Below are positions 32,843-44,851 of a stretch of DNA of 64,000 nt, piece after piece (positions within the stretch are counted from its first letter, which is position 1; each line of letters opens with the position of its first letter). Source of the stretch: an uncultured delta proteobacterium. GTDB lineage: Bacteria; Desulfobacterota; Binatia; DP-6. The notes under the pieces are model-generated. The model worked only from the letters and a program-made list of their open reading frames with translations. It searched no databases and was not told the origin of the DNA. The position numbers were made by a program, and so were the translations under genes. Where the stretch lies: NCBI GenBank assembly GCA_963815115.1, contig CAWFFN010000009.1:288001-352000 (forward strand), given 5' to 3'.

Positions 32843-32966
32843 CTACCAAGTAACTCGCACCGCCGATGACCTCAGGCGGCGGGGCGGAGGGTGACCTCGT
32901 AGCCCAGATGGTGCAGGCGGCGCGTGAGCCCGGCGACGAGGCGGGCGTGGTCGCCGCGTTGGAAGG
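32843..32966 (-). mobile_element. IS110 3' remnant with right end
   Basis: [30 protein letters not shown]-stop and GCGAGTTACTTGGTAG, nearly the same as the end of the element at 54089-55534. Confidence 0.85.
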
Positions 32967-34800
32967 TGGTCCGGGCATCCCAGGCGGTGTCCGGCGAGAT
33001 CATCCTCGAGAAGCTCGTCGACACGCTCATGATGGTCGCGCTCGAGCACGCGGGAGCAGAGCGCGGCCTCCTGATCCTCCCGCGGAACGACGAGGAGTGG
33101 ATCGAGGCCGAAGCCACGACGTCCGGGGGCACGGTCGCCGTCCGGCTGCGCGAGGCCCGGGTGACCCCGGCCGACCTCCCCGAGTCGGTCCTGCGCTACG
33201 TCATCCGGACGAAGGAGTGCGTGATCCTGGACGACGCCACGACCGAGGAGCTTTTCGCGTCCGATCCGTACATCCGTCGCAGCCAGGCTCGTTCGGTCCT
33301 TTGCCTGCCCCTGCTGAAGCACGCGGAGCTGGCCGCCGTCCTCTATCTCGAGAACAACCTTGCGCCCCACGTGTTCACGGCGGCGCGGACCGAGCTGCTC
33401 AAGCGGGTCGCCGCGCAGGCGGCGATCTCGCTGGAGAACCCCACCTCTATGCAGAGCTTCGCCACGCGGAACGGACGGTTCGCCGGCACGAGCAGGATCT
33501 GCGCCTGACGATCGACGCGATTCCCGAGATCGTCTGGACCGCGCGGCCCGACGGTGTCGTCGACTCGCTCAATCGGCGCTTCCTCGATTTCGTCGGATTC
33601 TCTTCGCCGGAGGAAGCGGGCGAATTGCGCTGGGACGCCGTGGTGCATCCCGAGGACTACGCGACGGCCCTGCAACGGTGGTGGGCGTGCGTTCGCTCCG
33701 GTGAGCCCTACCAGGCCGAGCTCCGAGCTCGCCGGCACGACGGGGAGTATCGCTGGACCATGATCCGTGCCCTGCCGCTGCGCGACGAGGCGGGAACCAT
33801 CGTCCGCTGGTACGGCACCGGCGTCGACGTCCAGGACCGGAAGCAAGCGGAGGAGACGATCCGGGAGCAGGAAGGCGAGCTGCGGCTGCTCGTCGATCTC
33901 GTCCCGCACCATATCCTGGTGGCGGACGCGGAGTGGCGGCTTCTCCGCGCAAACCGGTCGGGTCTGGACTACTTGGGCCTCACGTTCGAGGAGCTCTCTC
34001 GAAACGAGAGCTTCGCCTACTATCACCCCGACGATCTCGACAGCCTGCGGACGGCGATCGAGTCGATCTCGCAGGGCATCCCGAAGGACTTCGAGGCGCG
34101 CGCGCGCCGGCGCGACGGCCAGTTTCGATGGCACCTGTTCCGTTTCGTCCCCCTGCGCGACGAGCACGGACGCGTGCTTCGATGGTACGTGACGGGCACC
34201 GACATCGAGGATCGGAAGCGCGCCGAGGAGCGCGTGCACGAGGAGAACCTCGCGCTCCGCGAGGAAATCGACAACGCCTCGATGTTCGAGGAGATCGTCG
34301 GGACCTCCCCGCGCCTTCGAGCCGTCCTCTCCAGCGTGTCGAGGGTGGCGCCGACGGATTCGACCGTGCTCATCACCGGTGAGACCGGAACGGGCAAGGA
34401 GCTCGTCGCCCGAGCCATCCACAAGCGATCGCGGCGATCGGCGCGAGCGTTCGTGAGCGTCAACTGTGCCGCGATCCCCCCCTCGTTGATCGCCTCGGAG
34501 CTGTTCGGTCACGAGAAGGGGGCGTTCACCGGGGCGCTGCAACGCCGCCTCGGCCGCTTCGAGCTCGCGGACGGCGGGACGATCTTCCTCGACGAGATCG
34601 GCGATCTCCCCGCCGACACCCAGCTCGCCCTCTTGCGGGTTCTCCAGGAACGCCAGTTCGAGCGTGTGGGGGGGACGCGATCGATCAGGGCGGACGTGCG
34701 CGTGATTGCCGCCACGAATCGGGACCTCGAAGCAGCCATGGCCGGGGGCGAGTTCCGGAGCGACCTCTTCTATCGGCTGAACGTGTTCCCGATCGAGGTG
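32967..34800 (+). pseudogene. Truncated GAF-PAS-PAS-sigma54 activator
   Basis: [16 protein letters not shown] start, frameshift near 33440, two PAS domains, [33 protein letters not shown] then cut off; no HTH. Confidence 0.85.
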
Positions 34801-34887
34801 GCTGATAGGCACGACGAAGGGCCTTTTGCCGCGGAGGCTTACAGAACGCCCCATCCCGGACCTTCGCCGCATTTTCGCACGCTCCGT
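34801..34887 (-). repeat. Junction element copy 2
   Basis: 86/87 identical to 53963-54049; begins exactly where the sigma54 gene breaks. Confidence 0.9.
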
Positions 34888-35628
34888 CAACACAGACCCC
34901 ACCTGTAGCTTGCTAGACCCAGCTCTGGCGAGGGCTTACGCGCGGCCGACCGGCTGCGGTAGGCCCTCGTCGGCTGGGGTTCCATGTACGCACCATGTAC
35001 GCAGGCATCCGCGGCGTCAGGGGCTCCGCCACGAGCGAGGCGACGTCGATACCCGCTTGATGACCCGCGCGGAGAACCTGGCCTCGACGGATCTTTCGGG
35101 CTGGCTGGACTCCGTGCAGACGTGGCGGCTCACGCACTCATAGGATGCCGCATCCTGTGCGCCTGCCGCGCTGGCCGCCCTGAAGTATGTCGGGCGCTCG
35201 CCACCCGTGACGGTACTGTCCCTGACCTTCCAGGCGTTCGGGCGCCTGCAGGCGTCGCGTCCCTCGGTCCGTTGGCGGTCGTCGCGTCCGGCCTCCTCGT
35301 CCTCGGGCTGCTTCGCTACCGGTGACGATCGACGATACGCGGCGGCGCGTGGCTGGATCGCAGGGACGATCGCAGCGATCAGTCTGGGAAGGGCGCATGA
35401 AGGGGGTATTCGCCCTTCGTCCCTACCAGCCATCTCCCCGGCGCGTCTACCAGCCCGCCGCCCTTCCGTAACGGAGGTACAGGGTCTCGTCCTCAAGGAC
35501 ACAAGTCGAGGATCAGAACCTCGGCCTCGACGGGGGCTCGTACGCGGGGCTCGTGTGACGGGCAGGTATGTGATTCCTTGGCTGCCTGCAGGAACCGCAG
35601 AACGCGCGCGTGAATGGTATCTCCCCGC

Positions 35629-36792
35629 TCACGGTCGAGCGGGCGGAACGCGCCCGTCCCGGAGCCAAGTGGTCACCACCCGGCACGCGAGGTCGAGGTT
35701 GCCCATCTGGCAATGACTGTCGGCGTGCTCGGCAGCGGTGAACATCCGCACCTGCACCGAGCGTGCCGAGGTGAGGGCTGCGGCCTGGCGCCGAGTCAGG
35801 ACCGGCGGCTGGAACGCGTCGTGCTCACCGCAACACAGCAGCACGTCCTGCGTGACGCGGGCGCTGCCGATGTGCTCGGCGTTCATTCCCAGGAACCAGT
35901 CGGCCACATCCATCGGCTCGTGGCCGTCGACGAGGTAGAGCGTCTGGTTCACGACGTACCGGAGCACCGGGAAGAGGCGCGCCCGCACCCGGATGCTCCA
36001 GTTCATGACTCCCCGGAGCCGGAGCATCCGCCGGGCGACGGCGCGCACCGGCCCCGGCAGCTGGTACAACCAGTCGTACACCGGGGGCCAGCTCACGACC
36101 CGGTCGATGCGCGGTTCGCGACCCGCGGCGCGCAGTGCCCAGTATCCGCCCATCGAGATTCCGACGATCGCAGCGCGGTCGACTGAGAAGTGGTCAAGGA
36201 CCGCGGCCACGGGCTTCTCCCAGTCGTGATCGAAGGTCAGCCGACCGAGGGCGCGCGCGCCGCCCTGCCCGGGGCCTTCGTAGGCGATCACGTCGAAGCC
36301 GCTCGCGGCGATGCGCTCCCAGATCGCGTAGAATTCCTCGATCAACGAGTCGAAGCCGCCGTGAAGCAACACGGTGCCGCACGACGCCGACCCGACGACG
36401 CGAAGTCGATAGGCGGGAAGCGTCGCGCCGCCGTAGGGGATCTCGTGGCGGACCGCGCCCCCGTCGCGGAACGCGCGGTCGAACAGGTCGCGGTAGCGCC
36501 GGTAGATCGGGACTCCGGCGCCGAACCTCTTCGGAGTGAAGAACTCGGCGACGCGCAGATAGCTCGTCGCGTTGCGGAGCCGGCCCTCGGCCTCGACGCG
36601 CTCGGCCAAAGCGGTGAACACCTCGGCGCAGTCGTCGAGCGAGCTGATCGCTCGCGCAGCAGTTCTCAGCTCCTGGCCATCGGCGAAACCGAGGGCGTGC
36701 GCACGGTTGAGCTGGTAGTTGAGAAAAGGAATGCGGTGGAAGGCCTCGAACCCGACTGGCAGCTCCGCCATCTTTACGTCGAGATCGCCCAT
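35629..36792 (-). CDS. Alpha/beta hydrolase (S9/FrsA-like)
   Basis: HGGFDSLIEE, EGPGQG, GISMGG, HCQMGN. Confidence 0.85.
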   Translation of the reverse strand: MGDLDVKMAELPVGFEAFHRIPFLNYQLNRAHALGFADGQELRTAARAISSLDDCAEVFTALAERVEAEGRLRNATSYLRVAEFFTPKRFGAGVPIYRRYRDLFDRAFRDGGAVRHEIPYGGATLPAYRLRVVGSASCGTVLLHGGFDSLIEEFYAIWERIAASGFDVIAYEGPGQGGARALGRLTFDHDWEKPVAAVLDHFSVDRAAIVGISMGGYWALRAAGREPRIDRVVSWPPVYDWLYQLPGPVRAVARRMLRLRGVMNWSIRVRARLFPVLRYVVNQTLYLVDGHEPMDVADWFLGMNAEHIGSARVTQDVLLCCGEHDAFQPPVLTRRQAAALTSARSVQVRMFTAAEHADSHCQMGNLDLACRVVTTWLRDGRVPPARP

Positions 36793-36930
36793 CGATCGCA
36801 GCCTATCTGGTCAGTCCCGCAAATCGAACCGGCACCGCCACCGGCACGAGCCGCCGCGCGCCGCCGCCGGCACCCGCAAGGTGCGCTCACGACTGCGTGC
36901 GATCTGCGGAAGAGAGAGGCCCCCCTCGGC

Positions 36931-37617
36931 TCAGCCGATCCACGCGAGCGCCTGTTCCAGCACCCGGAAGCCGTCGGCAGGTACGCACGCGCCGTGAGCG
37001 ATCATCACCCGCTCGGGGTTCCAGCCGAGCACCTCGGCCTTCGCTCGACGCGCCGCCCGACGGTCGACGAACGTCAGGCGCAGTTCGCGCGGCGTGCTGC
37101 CGCCCGGACCGACAAGGCCGTCGAGCCGCATGATCCAGCCCCGCCACCCGCGGGCCACGGACGGGTCGAACCGCTGGACCAGATCCGCGAAGATGGCCGT
37201 CCGCGAGGCGCGATGAAAGAACACGACCTCCTCCAGCGCGAAGCTGCCGTGGAAGATCACCTGATCGATGTCGCGTGCCCAGGCAGGGTCGGGCGCATCC
37301 CCGAGCTCGTCGTCGAAGCGCAGCTCCCGCCGCCGGCGCGCGAGGCCGGGCGAGGCGTGCAGTCGTGCCGCGGGCCAGCGCGCCTTCCAGGCGCCGAGGA
37401 AGAGGTGGTGAAGCTTGTTGGGCGAGACAACGTCGCCGACGGGTCCGAGCCGGTCGATCTCCTGCGCGAGCGCGTCATCGAGTGCGATCGGCGACCAGGC
37501 CCACAGCGTGCCGTTGCGGAGCCGAACGAGTACCATCCGCGTCGGATATGGGAACCCGAGGAAGGAGACGGTCGGACCATCGGCGATCCAGATGTCCCGA
37601 TCGACCGTCGTGAGCAT
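36931..37617 (-). CDS. DUF4336-like metallo-hydrolase-fold protein
   Basis: TRMVLVRL, WSP, SPNKLHHLFL, EVVFFHRASRT, MIAHG. Confidence 0.85.
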   Translation of the reverse strand: MLTTVDRDIWIADGPTVSFLGFPYPTRMVLVRLRNGTLWAWSPIALDDALAQEIDRLGPVGDVVSPNKLHHLFLGAWKARWPAARLHASPGLARRRRELRFDDELGDAPDPAWARDIDQVIFHGSFALEEVVFFHRASRTAIFADLVQRFDPSVARGWRGWIMRLDGLVGPGGSTPRELRLTFVDRRAARRAKAEVLGWNPERVMIAHGACVPADGFRVLEQALAWIG

Positions 37618-37654
37618 GGCGGGATGGTCAGTGGCTATCAATGACGGTCGGCGA

Positions 37655-38062
37655 GTGAAAGCGACCGCCGCATTCCTTGCGTTGACGCTCGTCGCGCTCG
37701 GCTCCTGTGGATCCCGACCCGACCCCTCGACGCCGGGCGGCGCCGCCGCCCGCTTCCTCGATGCCTACTTCGGCCTCGACCTCGACGCGGCGCTGGCGGC
37801 GAGCGTTCACCGTGCACGCGAGCGGGTCGAGGCGGAGCGACGGCTCACGGCCGGGCAGCGGGTCGACGCGGAGACACGGGTGCCGATCATCCGCTATCGC
37901 CTTCTGCGCGAGGAGCCGGGGGAGGGTACCATGGTTCATCTCGTCTACGAGGTTCGCGCCACCGTGCCGGACGCCGGGACGAGCGAGCAGCGATGGCTCG
38001 TCACCGTCGATCGGATCGGAGAGAGGTGGATCGTCGCGGACTTCGATCGCCTTCCCGGCTGA
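37655..38062 (+). CDS. Hypothetical lipoprotein (NTF2-like)
   Basis: LVALGSC lipobox; PGGAAARFLDAYF...WIVADF. Confidence 0.6.
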   Translation: MKATAAFLALTLVALGSCGSRPDPSTPGGAAARFLDAYFGLDLDAALAASVHRARERVEAERRLTAGQRVDAETRVPIIRYRLLREEPGEGTMVHLVYEVRATVPDAGTSEQRWLVTVDRIGERWIVADFDRLPG

Positions 38063-38423
38063 AGAGCGGAGGCGGTCGGTCGCGGGACGAACGGAGGCCT
38101 GACGGCGCAAGACGCAGTGTTCTGGACGATCGTCTCGGAAAAGTCGTGCTGCGCTACGTGGACGCGACGCGGCACGTCGACACGGCACGCCATCGACCTG
38201 ATCGCTCTATCGGCGCTGCTGTGGACAATCGTGGAGTCGGTCCAATTCCTGGCATGACGCCGGGTGAAGTGGAAGTGTCGAGCGGCGATGAAGCTGAGAT
38301 GTCGAGAATCAGCGGCAATCGTCGTTGGCCGACCCGATGCCGTAGCGGTTCCCATCGGGTGTGCGGACGTCGTCCCTCTCCGCACGCCTTGCTCAACTGG
38401 AGGGATACTCAGCGGAGTAGATT

Positions 38424-38534
38424 GTGAGCGACATCGATGAGACGAGGCGCCGTGAGGAGAGAGGCAAGCGCATCGCGATCGTCATGGCCCTGATCGCTTT
38501 GGTCGTCTTCGGCTTCGTTTGGTTCTTCCGGTAG
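38424..38534 (+). CDS. 36-aa single-TM small protein
   Basis: GGAG RBS, GTG start, SDIDETRRREERGKRIAIVMALIALVVFGFVWFFR-stop. Confidence 0.45.
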   Translation: MSDIDETRRREERGKRIAIVMALIALVVFGFVWFFR

Positions 38535-38847
38535 TAGTTCGACCGCCTCGGTGCCGACGACCCGACGGTAGGCGACGTGCCTGCGCCGTCTTCGGCCGCC
38601 GCGCCCACTGTTCGGGCACCTCGTGCTCCGTCGCTGTCACCACCAACTCAGCCTTCGGTCGCCCCCAACGCCATCCGCCTCCTCCTCATAGCAGAGACGA
38701 CTGGGCGACTTATTCCGTGAACTTCGGGCTCAGGACACTAGAGAGAGGTACGCGCTGTGGATGTGCACCCAGTCCCTGGCGTGGAACCACATGCGGGATA
38801 CCTGGTGCGAGAGTGGCCACGGTGCACGATGGCGGGGGGTCCGACCT

Positions 38848-41001
38848 TCATGACGGCGTCGAGTGTGCACCCTCCAGGAACGCTCGCACCGCTGCCTCGT
38901 TTGACCGGTGGGTCGTGATCATGAGGACGTCACCGGCATCGATCCGGGTGTTTGCCCGGGGGAAGAGGGTCTCGCCGTCGCGCGTGATCGAGACCACCAG
39001 CGCATCGCGAGTAAGTCGCGCCTCCGCGAGCGTCCTTCCCGTGAGCGGTGACGACGCGGCGATGTGCGCCTCGAACAGCGACGTATCCTGTGGAAGCGTG
39101 GCGGCCCGGCGCACGCTGCGTCTCAGCGTAGCCTTGTAGGTCTGGAGGATGTCGCGCACCGTCACCCGGCCGACGACGTGACCGCTGTCCAGGACGGGAA
39201 GCCAGCTCATCCCGGAGTCCACCAGCCGGCCGAGCGCCGCCTCCAGCGTGTCGTTCGGCCCCAGCTTGTCCGGAAGTTGCGACATCGCCGCTTCCGCCAG
39301 GACGGAGGGATCGTCCGATCGCATCACCTCGTCGATGCGCGCCTGCGTGATGACGCCGACGACCTCGGCATTGCCGTTCACGACGACGACACCCGTCTCG
39401 CGCGCCCCCTCCGGCGCGGTGCTCACGGGCGTCGTGGCGACGAGAACGGGACCGGGAGCCGCCATCGCGTCGCGAACCAGCAACGCCGACAGCATCGGAA
39501 AGCTCAGGCGGACACGATGGAAGGGCGAGCTCGACCGATCTCGAAGCTGGGAGCGATAGATGGTCTTGTCGCCGACGAGGGCGGTCGACACCGCGACCGC
39601 GATCATCGCCGGCGCCAGCAGCGAGAGGTTGCCGGTCATCTCCGCAACCATCAGCATGACCGCGAGGGGCGCATGCGCGATACCGCCGAAGAGCGCCATC
39701 ATGCCGATGATCACGAACGCGGTCGGCTGCGTCGGCATGTGTGGCAGCACCCCGTAGCCGAGCCGCCACAGTGACGCGCCGAGCATCCCGCCGACCACCA
39801 TGCCGGGCGCGAAGATGCCGCCCGATCCGCCGGAGCCGATCGACAGCGACGTGGCGACGATCTTCGCGAACGGCAGGACGAGGACGATCCACAACGGAAG
39901 CGCGAGCAGCGTGTCGCTCCGCATCCCGAGCTGCACCCAGCCGTATCCCATGTGCAGGATCTGGGGCATCACGATGCCGATCAGTCCGACGATCAGGCCG
40001 CCCAGCGCCGGCTTCACCCACGCGGGCAGTCGCAGGTGGTGAAAGATGCTGGTGATGCCGTAGAAGGCGCGCGCATACAGCAGACCACCGAGCCCGCTCG
40101 CCACCCCGAGCACCGCGTAGTAGACGAGCTCGACGGGCGAGCCAAGCGCCAGCTCCGGGTGATTGCCGAACATCGGCGCGAAGCCGCAGTACGAGCCAAA
40201 CACCGTGTATCCGACGATCGATGCGATGAGCGCCGGGATGATGGCCTCGACCTCGAAGTCGTGGATGTAGAGGATCTCGCTCGCCAGCAACGCGCCCCCG
40301 AGGGGGGCGCGGAAGATCGCGCCAATGCCAGACCCGATCCCCGCGGCGACCGCGATCCGCCGGTCGGCGAGATCGAGACCGAGCCAGCCCGCGAGCAGGG
40401 AACCGAACCCGGCCGATATCTGCGCCGTGGGCCCTTCCCGGCCGGCCGAGCCGCCCGAGCCGATCGTAATCGCCGACGCGACCAGCTTGATCGGCGGGAT
40501 GCGCGCGCGGACGCGCCCCTCGTGGTGATGGATGGCCGCGATCGCGGCATCGGTCCCGTGACCCTCGGCCTCGGGAGCGAGCTTGAACACGATGAGGCCG
40601 GAGAGGAGTCCGCCGAGGGTCGTCACAAAGGGCAGCCGCCAGGGATGCTCCATGGCCATGACCACGGTGAGCCCCTCGCCGGCCGGTGCGGGCGGCATGT
40701 AGCCGACAACGGCACCGAGAAAGAACTCGGTCACGAAGCGAATGGCGGCGTCGAAGACGATGGCGGCAACCCCCGCGACCACGCCGATCGCCGAGCTCAC
40801 GAGAAGCCACTTGGTGAGGCTCCGGGTGCTCTCGAATCCAGCGCCTCCGGAGAACATCGAGCGCAGACGACCCGTGTTCTCGATCGGGCGCGGCGGTGTC
40901 CCCTGTTGGCCCGGGAAGCGGGAGTCTTCGACAGGAACGAGCGGCATGTCGGGAATGAGATCATCGCAGACCCCATCGATCCAGCCTATCAATTCGGGCA
41001 T
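38848..41001 (-). CDS. CLC chloride channel/antiporter with CBS pair and TrkA-C domain
   Basis: GHGTD, GREGP, GGIFAP, CBS-like region, C-terminal RDGETLFPRANTRIDAGDVL. Confidence 0.88.
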   Translation of the reverse strand: MPELIGWIDGVCDDLIPDMPLVPVEDSRFPGQQGTPPRPIENTGRLRSMFSGGAGFESTRSLTKWLLVSSAIGVVAGVAAIVFDAAIRFVTEFFLGAVVGYMPPAPAGEGLTVVMAMEHPWRLPFVTTLGGLLSGLIVFKLAPEAEGHGTDAAIAAIHHHEGRVRARIPPIKLVASAITIGSGGSAGREGPTAQISAGFGSLLAGWLGLDLADRRIAVAAGIGSGIGAIFRAPLGGALLASEILYIHDFEVEAIIPALIASIVGYTVFGSYCGFAPMFGNHPELALGSPVELVYYAVLGVASGLGGLLYARAFYGITSIFHHLRLPAWVKPALGGLIVGLIGIVMPQILHMGYGWVQLGMRSDTLLALPLWIVLVLPFAKIVATSLSIGSGGSGGIFAPGMVVGGMLGASLWRLGYGVLPHMPTQPTAFVIIGMMALFGGIAHAPLAVMLMVAEMTGNLSLLAPAMIAVAVSTALVGDKTIYRSQLRDRSSSPFHRVRLSFPMLSALLVRDAMAAPGPVLVATTPVSTAPEGARETGVVVVNGNAEVVGVITQARIDEVMRSDDPSVLAEAAMSQLPDKLGPNDTLEAALGRLVDSGMSWLPVLDSGHVVGRVTVRDILQTYKATLRRSVRRAATLPQDTSLFEAHIAASSPLTGRTLAEARLTRDALVVSITRDGETLFPRANTRIDAGDVLMITTHRSNEAAVRAFLEGAHSTPS

Positions 41002-41424
41002 CGTGCGCCCGGCTTGCAGGCAGAGCACCCCACTATCGGTTGGCGCGACGAGTACACGAAGCGAAATCGCCGACGTCGGCGAGGCGCCGGCTGCGAAGAC
41101 GCGGCGTGGGATGGCGCCGTGCCGCCCCTCTGTGCGAGATGCTTAGCGTGCGCGGGCGCGCATCGATGGTCGGTAGCGGCCCATCGCGTAGGCGCGGCCG
41201 AGACGGGGAGAGATCGTGTGGCCGCACGATGGATCCACCGGTCGGTGCCGTCAGGACGGGCGGTCGGCTCGGGCGCGGGGGGCGACTCGCGGTCCTCGTC
41301 CCGGCCGGACTCGAGATCGACGAGCCGGGTGTGCCTCGCGAGTTGGGTCTCCTGCAGCGTTGCTTCCGCATCGCGGATGCGCGTCTCGTACTCGTCGCGC
41401 ACGATATCGAGCACGTCGCGCGGA

Positions 41425-41485
41425 TGGTCAGGTCTCTCGCCTCCTGAAACGCCTGCACCTGCGCAGTCTCGTAGGCAAGGTCCCG
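41425..41485 (+). mobile_element. Possible ISKra4-type transposase fragment
   Basis: QVSRLLKRLHLRSLVGKV recalled as resembling an ISKra4 N-terminal segment; adjoins a broken minus-strand gene tail. Confidence 0.3.
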
Positions 41486-41921
41486 CACGCACGACGCTGG
41501 CGGGGCACGCACCTCGGCCACGCCGTGACGGGCGCCGTCGTCCACCTCAGCGAGGACCGTTCCCCTGCCGCGTTTCTGACGGAGGCCGGCTGACCAGATC
41601 TCGGCTCCTTGCAGAGAAGTCGGACACGGAGACTCTTCCAGCGCGTACGACCGGTGCTCGCGGGTCGCTACAAGCTCATGTCGCGACGAGCTCCTCAAGA
41701 ATCCGGATGGCCGGCGCCCGTTTCGTGAGCAGCGAGGCAGGTGCTGCCTCGGCTCTGTGCACCGCTCCGGATGTCGGCGACGGAAAGCGGACCTCCGCGG
41801 CGGCCCGAACGTTGCATGCACGGAACCAGGACCGTCTCGGTCTCTACGCAAGGGGAAGGATAGGGGGAGCGCGTCTGGAGATGGCCGTCTTGGTGTTTCC
41901 TGGTGCCAGGCGTCCGGGTGA

Positions 41922-42416
<495 letters not shown>

Positions 42417-42472
42417 AGGAATCCGGCTCCCCACCAAGGTCGCACATGGGGAGCCGACTGGGGGGACCTGAC

Positions 42473-43936
42473 ATGCGGAAGATCGGACGGCGTGCTTGGC
42501 TTTGGTTGGTTACTGGACTTCTAGCGCTCGCCTGCGTGAGCGTTCTCACATCTCCCGCCGGCGCGGAGCCGCCCGAAGCCGCTCCGCTCTTCACCAAGGA
42601 GATGGCTGATGCGATCGTGAACTCCAAGGTCGCCCTCGATACGGTCTGGACACTCATCACGGCGTTCCTCGTGTTCTTCATGAACCTCGGCTTTGCATTG
42701 GTGGAGTCCGGCTTCTGCCGGGCCAAGAACACGACGAACATCCTCGCGAAGAACTACATCGTGTTCGCCGTCTCCTCGGTGGCGTTTCTCCTGACTGGAT
42801 TTGGCTTGATGTTCAGCGATGGCAACGGTCTCTTCGGAACGAGCGGCATCTGGTTCCTGACAGGGGCCGACAACAGCCCGGCCACGGGAGACACGTACCA
42901 AGGCGTCTATAGCGCGCTCAACTGGACTGGGACCCCCTTGTTGGCGAAGTTCTTCTTTCAGCTCGTCTTCGCCGGGACCGCGGCGACCATCGTTTCCGGA
43001 GCGGTCGCCGAGCGGATCAAGTTCGCTTCCTTCTTCCTGTTCTCGTTCATCATGGTGGGCTTCGTGTATCCCGTCGCCGGCCATTGGATCTGGGGGGGCG
43101 GTTGGCTCGCCAAGCTCGGCATGCTCGACTTCGCCGGCTCGACCGTCGTGCATTCGATCGGCGGCTGGGCGGCGTTCGCGGGCATCGTCATGCTCGGACC
43201 GCGCATTGGCAAGTACACCAAAGAGGGAAAGCCGGTCGCCATCCCAGGTCACAGTATGACATCGGCGACCATCGGGGTGTTCGTCCTGTGGTTCGGCTGG
43301 TTCGGGTTCAATCCGGGTTCGACCATGGCCGCCGACTGGGCTTCGATCGCGCACATCGCCACCACCACGAACACCGCAGCTGCGACGGCGTCGATCAGCG
43401 CGCTGCTGACCGCCTGGTGGCTGCTCGGGAAGCCGGACCTTGGCATGACCCTGAACGGGGGTCTCGCAGGGCTCGTCGCGATCACTGCCCCGTGCGCCTT
43501 CGTCAGCGTGGCGAGCTCCTTCGCGATCGGCATCATGGCCGGAGCGCTCGTGGTAGGATCGGTGCTGTTCTTCGACCGGGTGGGCGTCGACGATCCGGTG
43601 GGTGCGCTCTCGGTTCACATGGTGAACGGCGTCTTCGGTACCCTGGCGCTCGGCTTGTTCGCGGATCCGACCGTCTGCCCGGCCGCCTCCGTCGCCAAGC
43701 CGGGCCTCCTCTTGGGAGGCGGGCTCGCTCAGCTGCTCCCGCAGGCCATGGGTGTGGTCGCGGTGGGTGCCTTCGTGTTCCTCGTGGGGCTCATCGGCTG
43801 GGCGATCATCAAAGTCGTCGTGGGGCTTCGGGTGAGCGCGGACGAGGAGCTGGAAGGCCTCGACATCGGAGAGCATGGGAACTACGCATACCCCGACTTC
43901 CAGATGGCTACGATCGCGGAGCACGGCGCCCGGTAG
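42473..43936 (+). CDS. amtB: Ammonium transporter
   Basis: GFALVESG, SGAVAER, DFAGSTVVH, LWFGWFGFNPGS, DDPVGALSVH, GLDIGEHG. Confidence 0.96.
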   Translation: MRKIGRRAWLWLVTGLLALACVSVLTSPAGAEPPEAAPLFTKEMADAIVNSKVALDTVWTLITAFLVFFMNLGFALVESGFCRAKNTTNILAKNYIVFAVSSVAFLLTGFGLMFSDGNGLFGTSGIWFLTGADNSPATGDTYQGVYSALNWTGTPLLAKFFFQLVFAGTAATIVSGAVAERIKFASFFLFSFIMVGFVYPVAGHWIWGGGWLAKLGMLDFAGSTVVHSIGGWAAFAGIVMLGPRIGKYTKEGKPVAIPGHSMTSATIGVFVLWFGWFGFNPGSTMAADWASIAHIATTTNTAAATASISALLTAWWLLGKPDLGMTLNGGLAGLVAITAPCAFVSVASSFAIGIMAGALVVGSVLFFDRVGVDDPVGALSVHMVNGVFGTLALGLFADPTVCPAASVAKPGLLLGGGLAQLLPQAMGVVAVGAFVFLVGLIGWAIIKVVVGLRVSADEELEGLDIGEHGNYAYPDFQMATIAEHGAR

Positions 43937-44085
43937 GTCGACATCCCGTCACCATGGTGCCGCTGCTCACCACCCGACGCGGCCCGGCTTCGGAGTTTCG
44001 TTCAAGTGCGTCGAGGTCCGGCTACGCGCCGCGCACCCCGCCACCGTCTGGTCCTCGATGCCGCCAGCACGCCGGCACGTCGACG

Positions 44086-44750
44086 ATCAGCCGCGCGACT
44101 GCTCCGATCGGACGGCGCGGTCCTGCTGCAGCTGCGCCCGCGTGCGGAGGAAGAAGCCTTGCAGCACGGGATCGGCGCTGCCCCGGCTGAAGTCAAGGAG
44201 CAGCGCGTCCGCTTTCCACGGCGTTCAGGAAGGTGCGACGCGCCTCCGCACGCACGCCCGCATCGGCCTGCTGCAGCGCGGCCAGGAACAGCCGTGTGAG
44301 GCTCGCCGTGTTCGTGTGGAGCGCGTCGCGTAGTGCGGGCGTCAGGGTGACCGCCGGTGCCGTGCCGAGGAGCTGGAGCACGTTGGCGGGGGATGCGGTC
44401 GGGCGTGTCTTCGGGGTCTGCCGCGGTTGCGGGAGCCCGCAGAGCTCGACGGACGCCGGCTGCCCGTCGGCATCGTAGCGCAGAATGAAGTTCTGACGCC
44501 CCAGGATCCGGTCGAGCGCCTCGGCGAGCGGCACCGCATCGAAGCGCTTGGTCACCTCGCGCCAGTCGAGCAGCTCGCCGTGGAACCGAACCCCGGTCTC
44601 CTGCTCGAGCCGCTCGACGACGAGGTCGAGCGGCACATGCTCGAGCCGCACAGTCAGCAGGCCGTCCTCGTAGCGCATCACGCCGGCGGGATCGGTCGCG
44701 AGGGCACAGGTCGCCAGCACCGCGAGCATCACCAGGGCGCCAAGCCGCAC
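44086..44750 (-). pseudogene. Secreted hypothetical protein, probably frameshifted near 44200
   Basis: Signal peptide, LTVRLEHVPLDLVV...ALDRILGRQNF (secretin-N-like); protein-like tail continues in another frame. Confidence 0.5.
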
Positions 44751-44851
44751 GTCGAGAGCGTACCGCTCACAGGTCGACGCGGCAATGCTTCCACTCGCGG
44801 GCTGGCCCGTTCTTGATCTTGGGACGGGCACGAACGAGATTAGAGGTGGGT

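Noticed and set aside
34890-35620. Short ORFs right of junction element copy 2
   Set aside because: Only fragmentary protein-like pieces with no recognisable motif; treated as decayed cargo.
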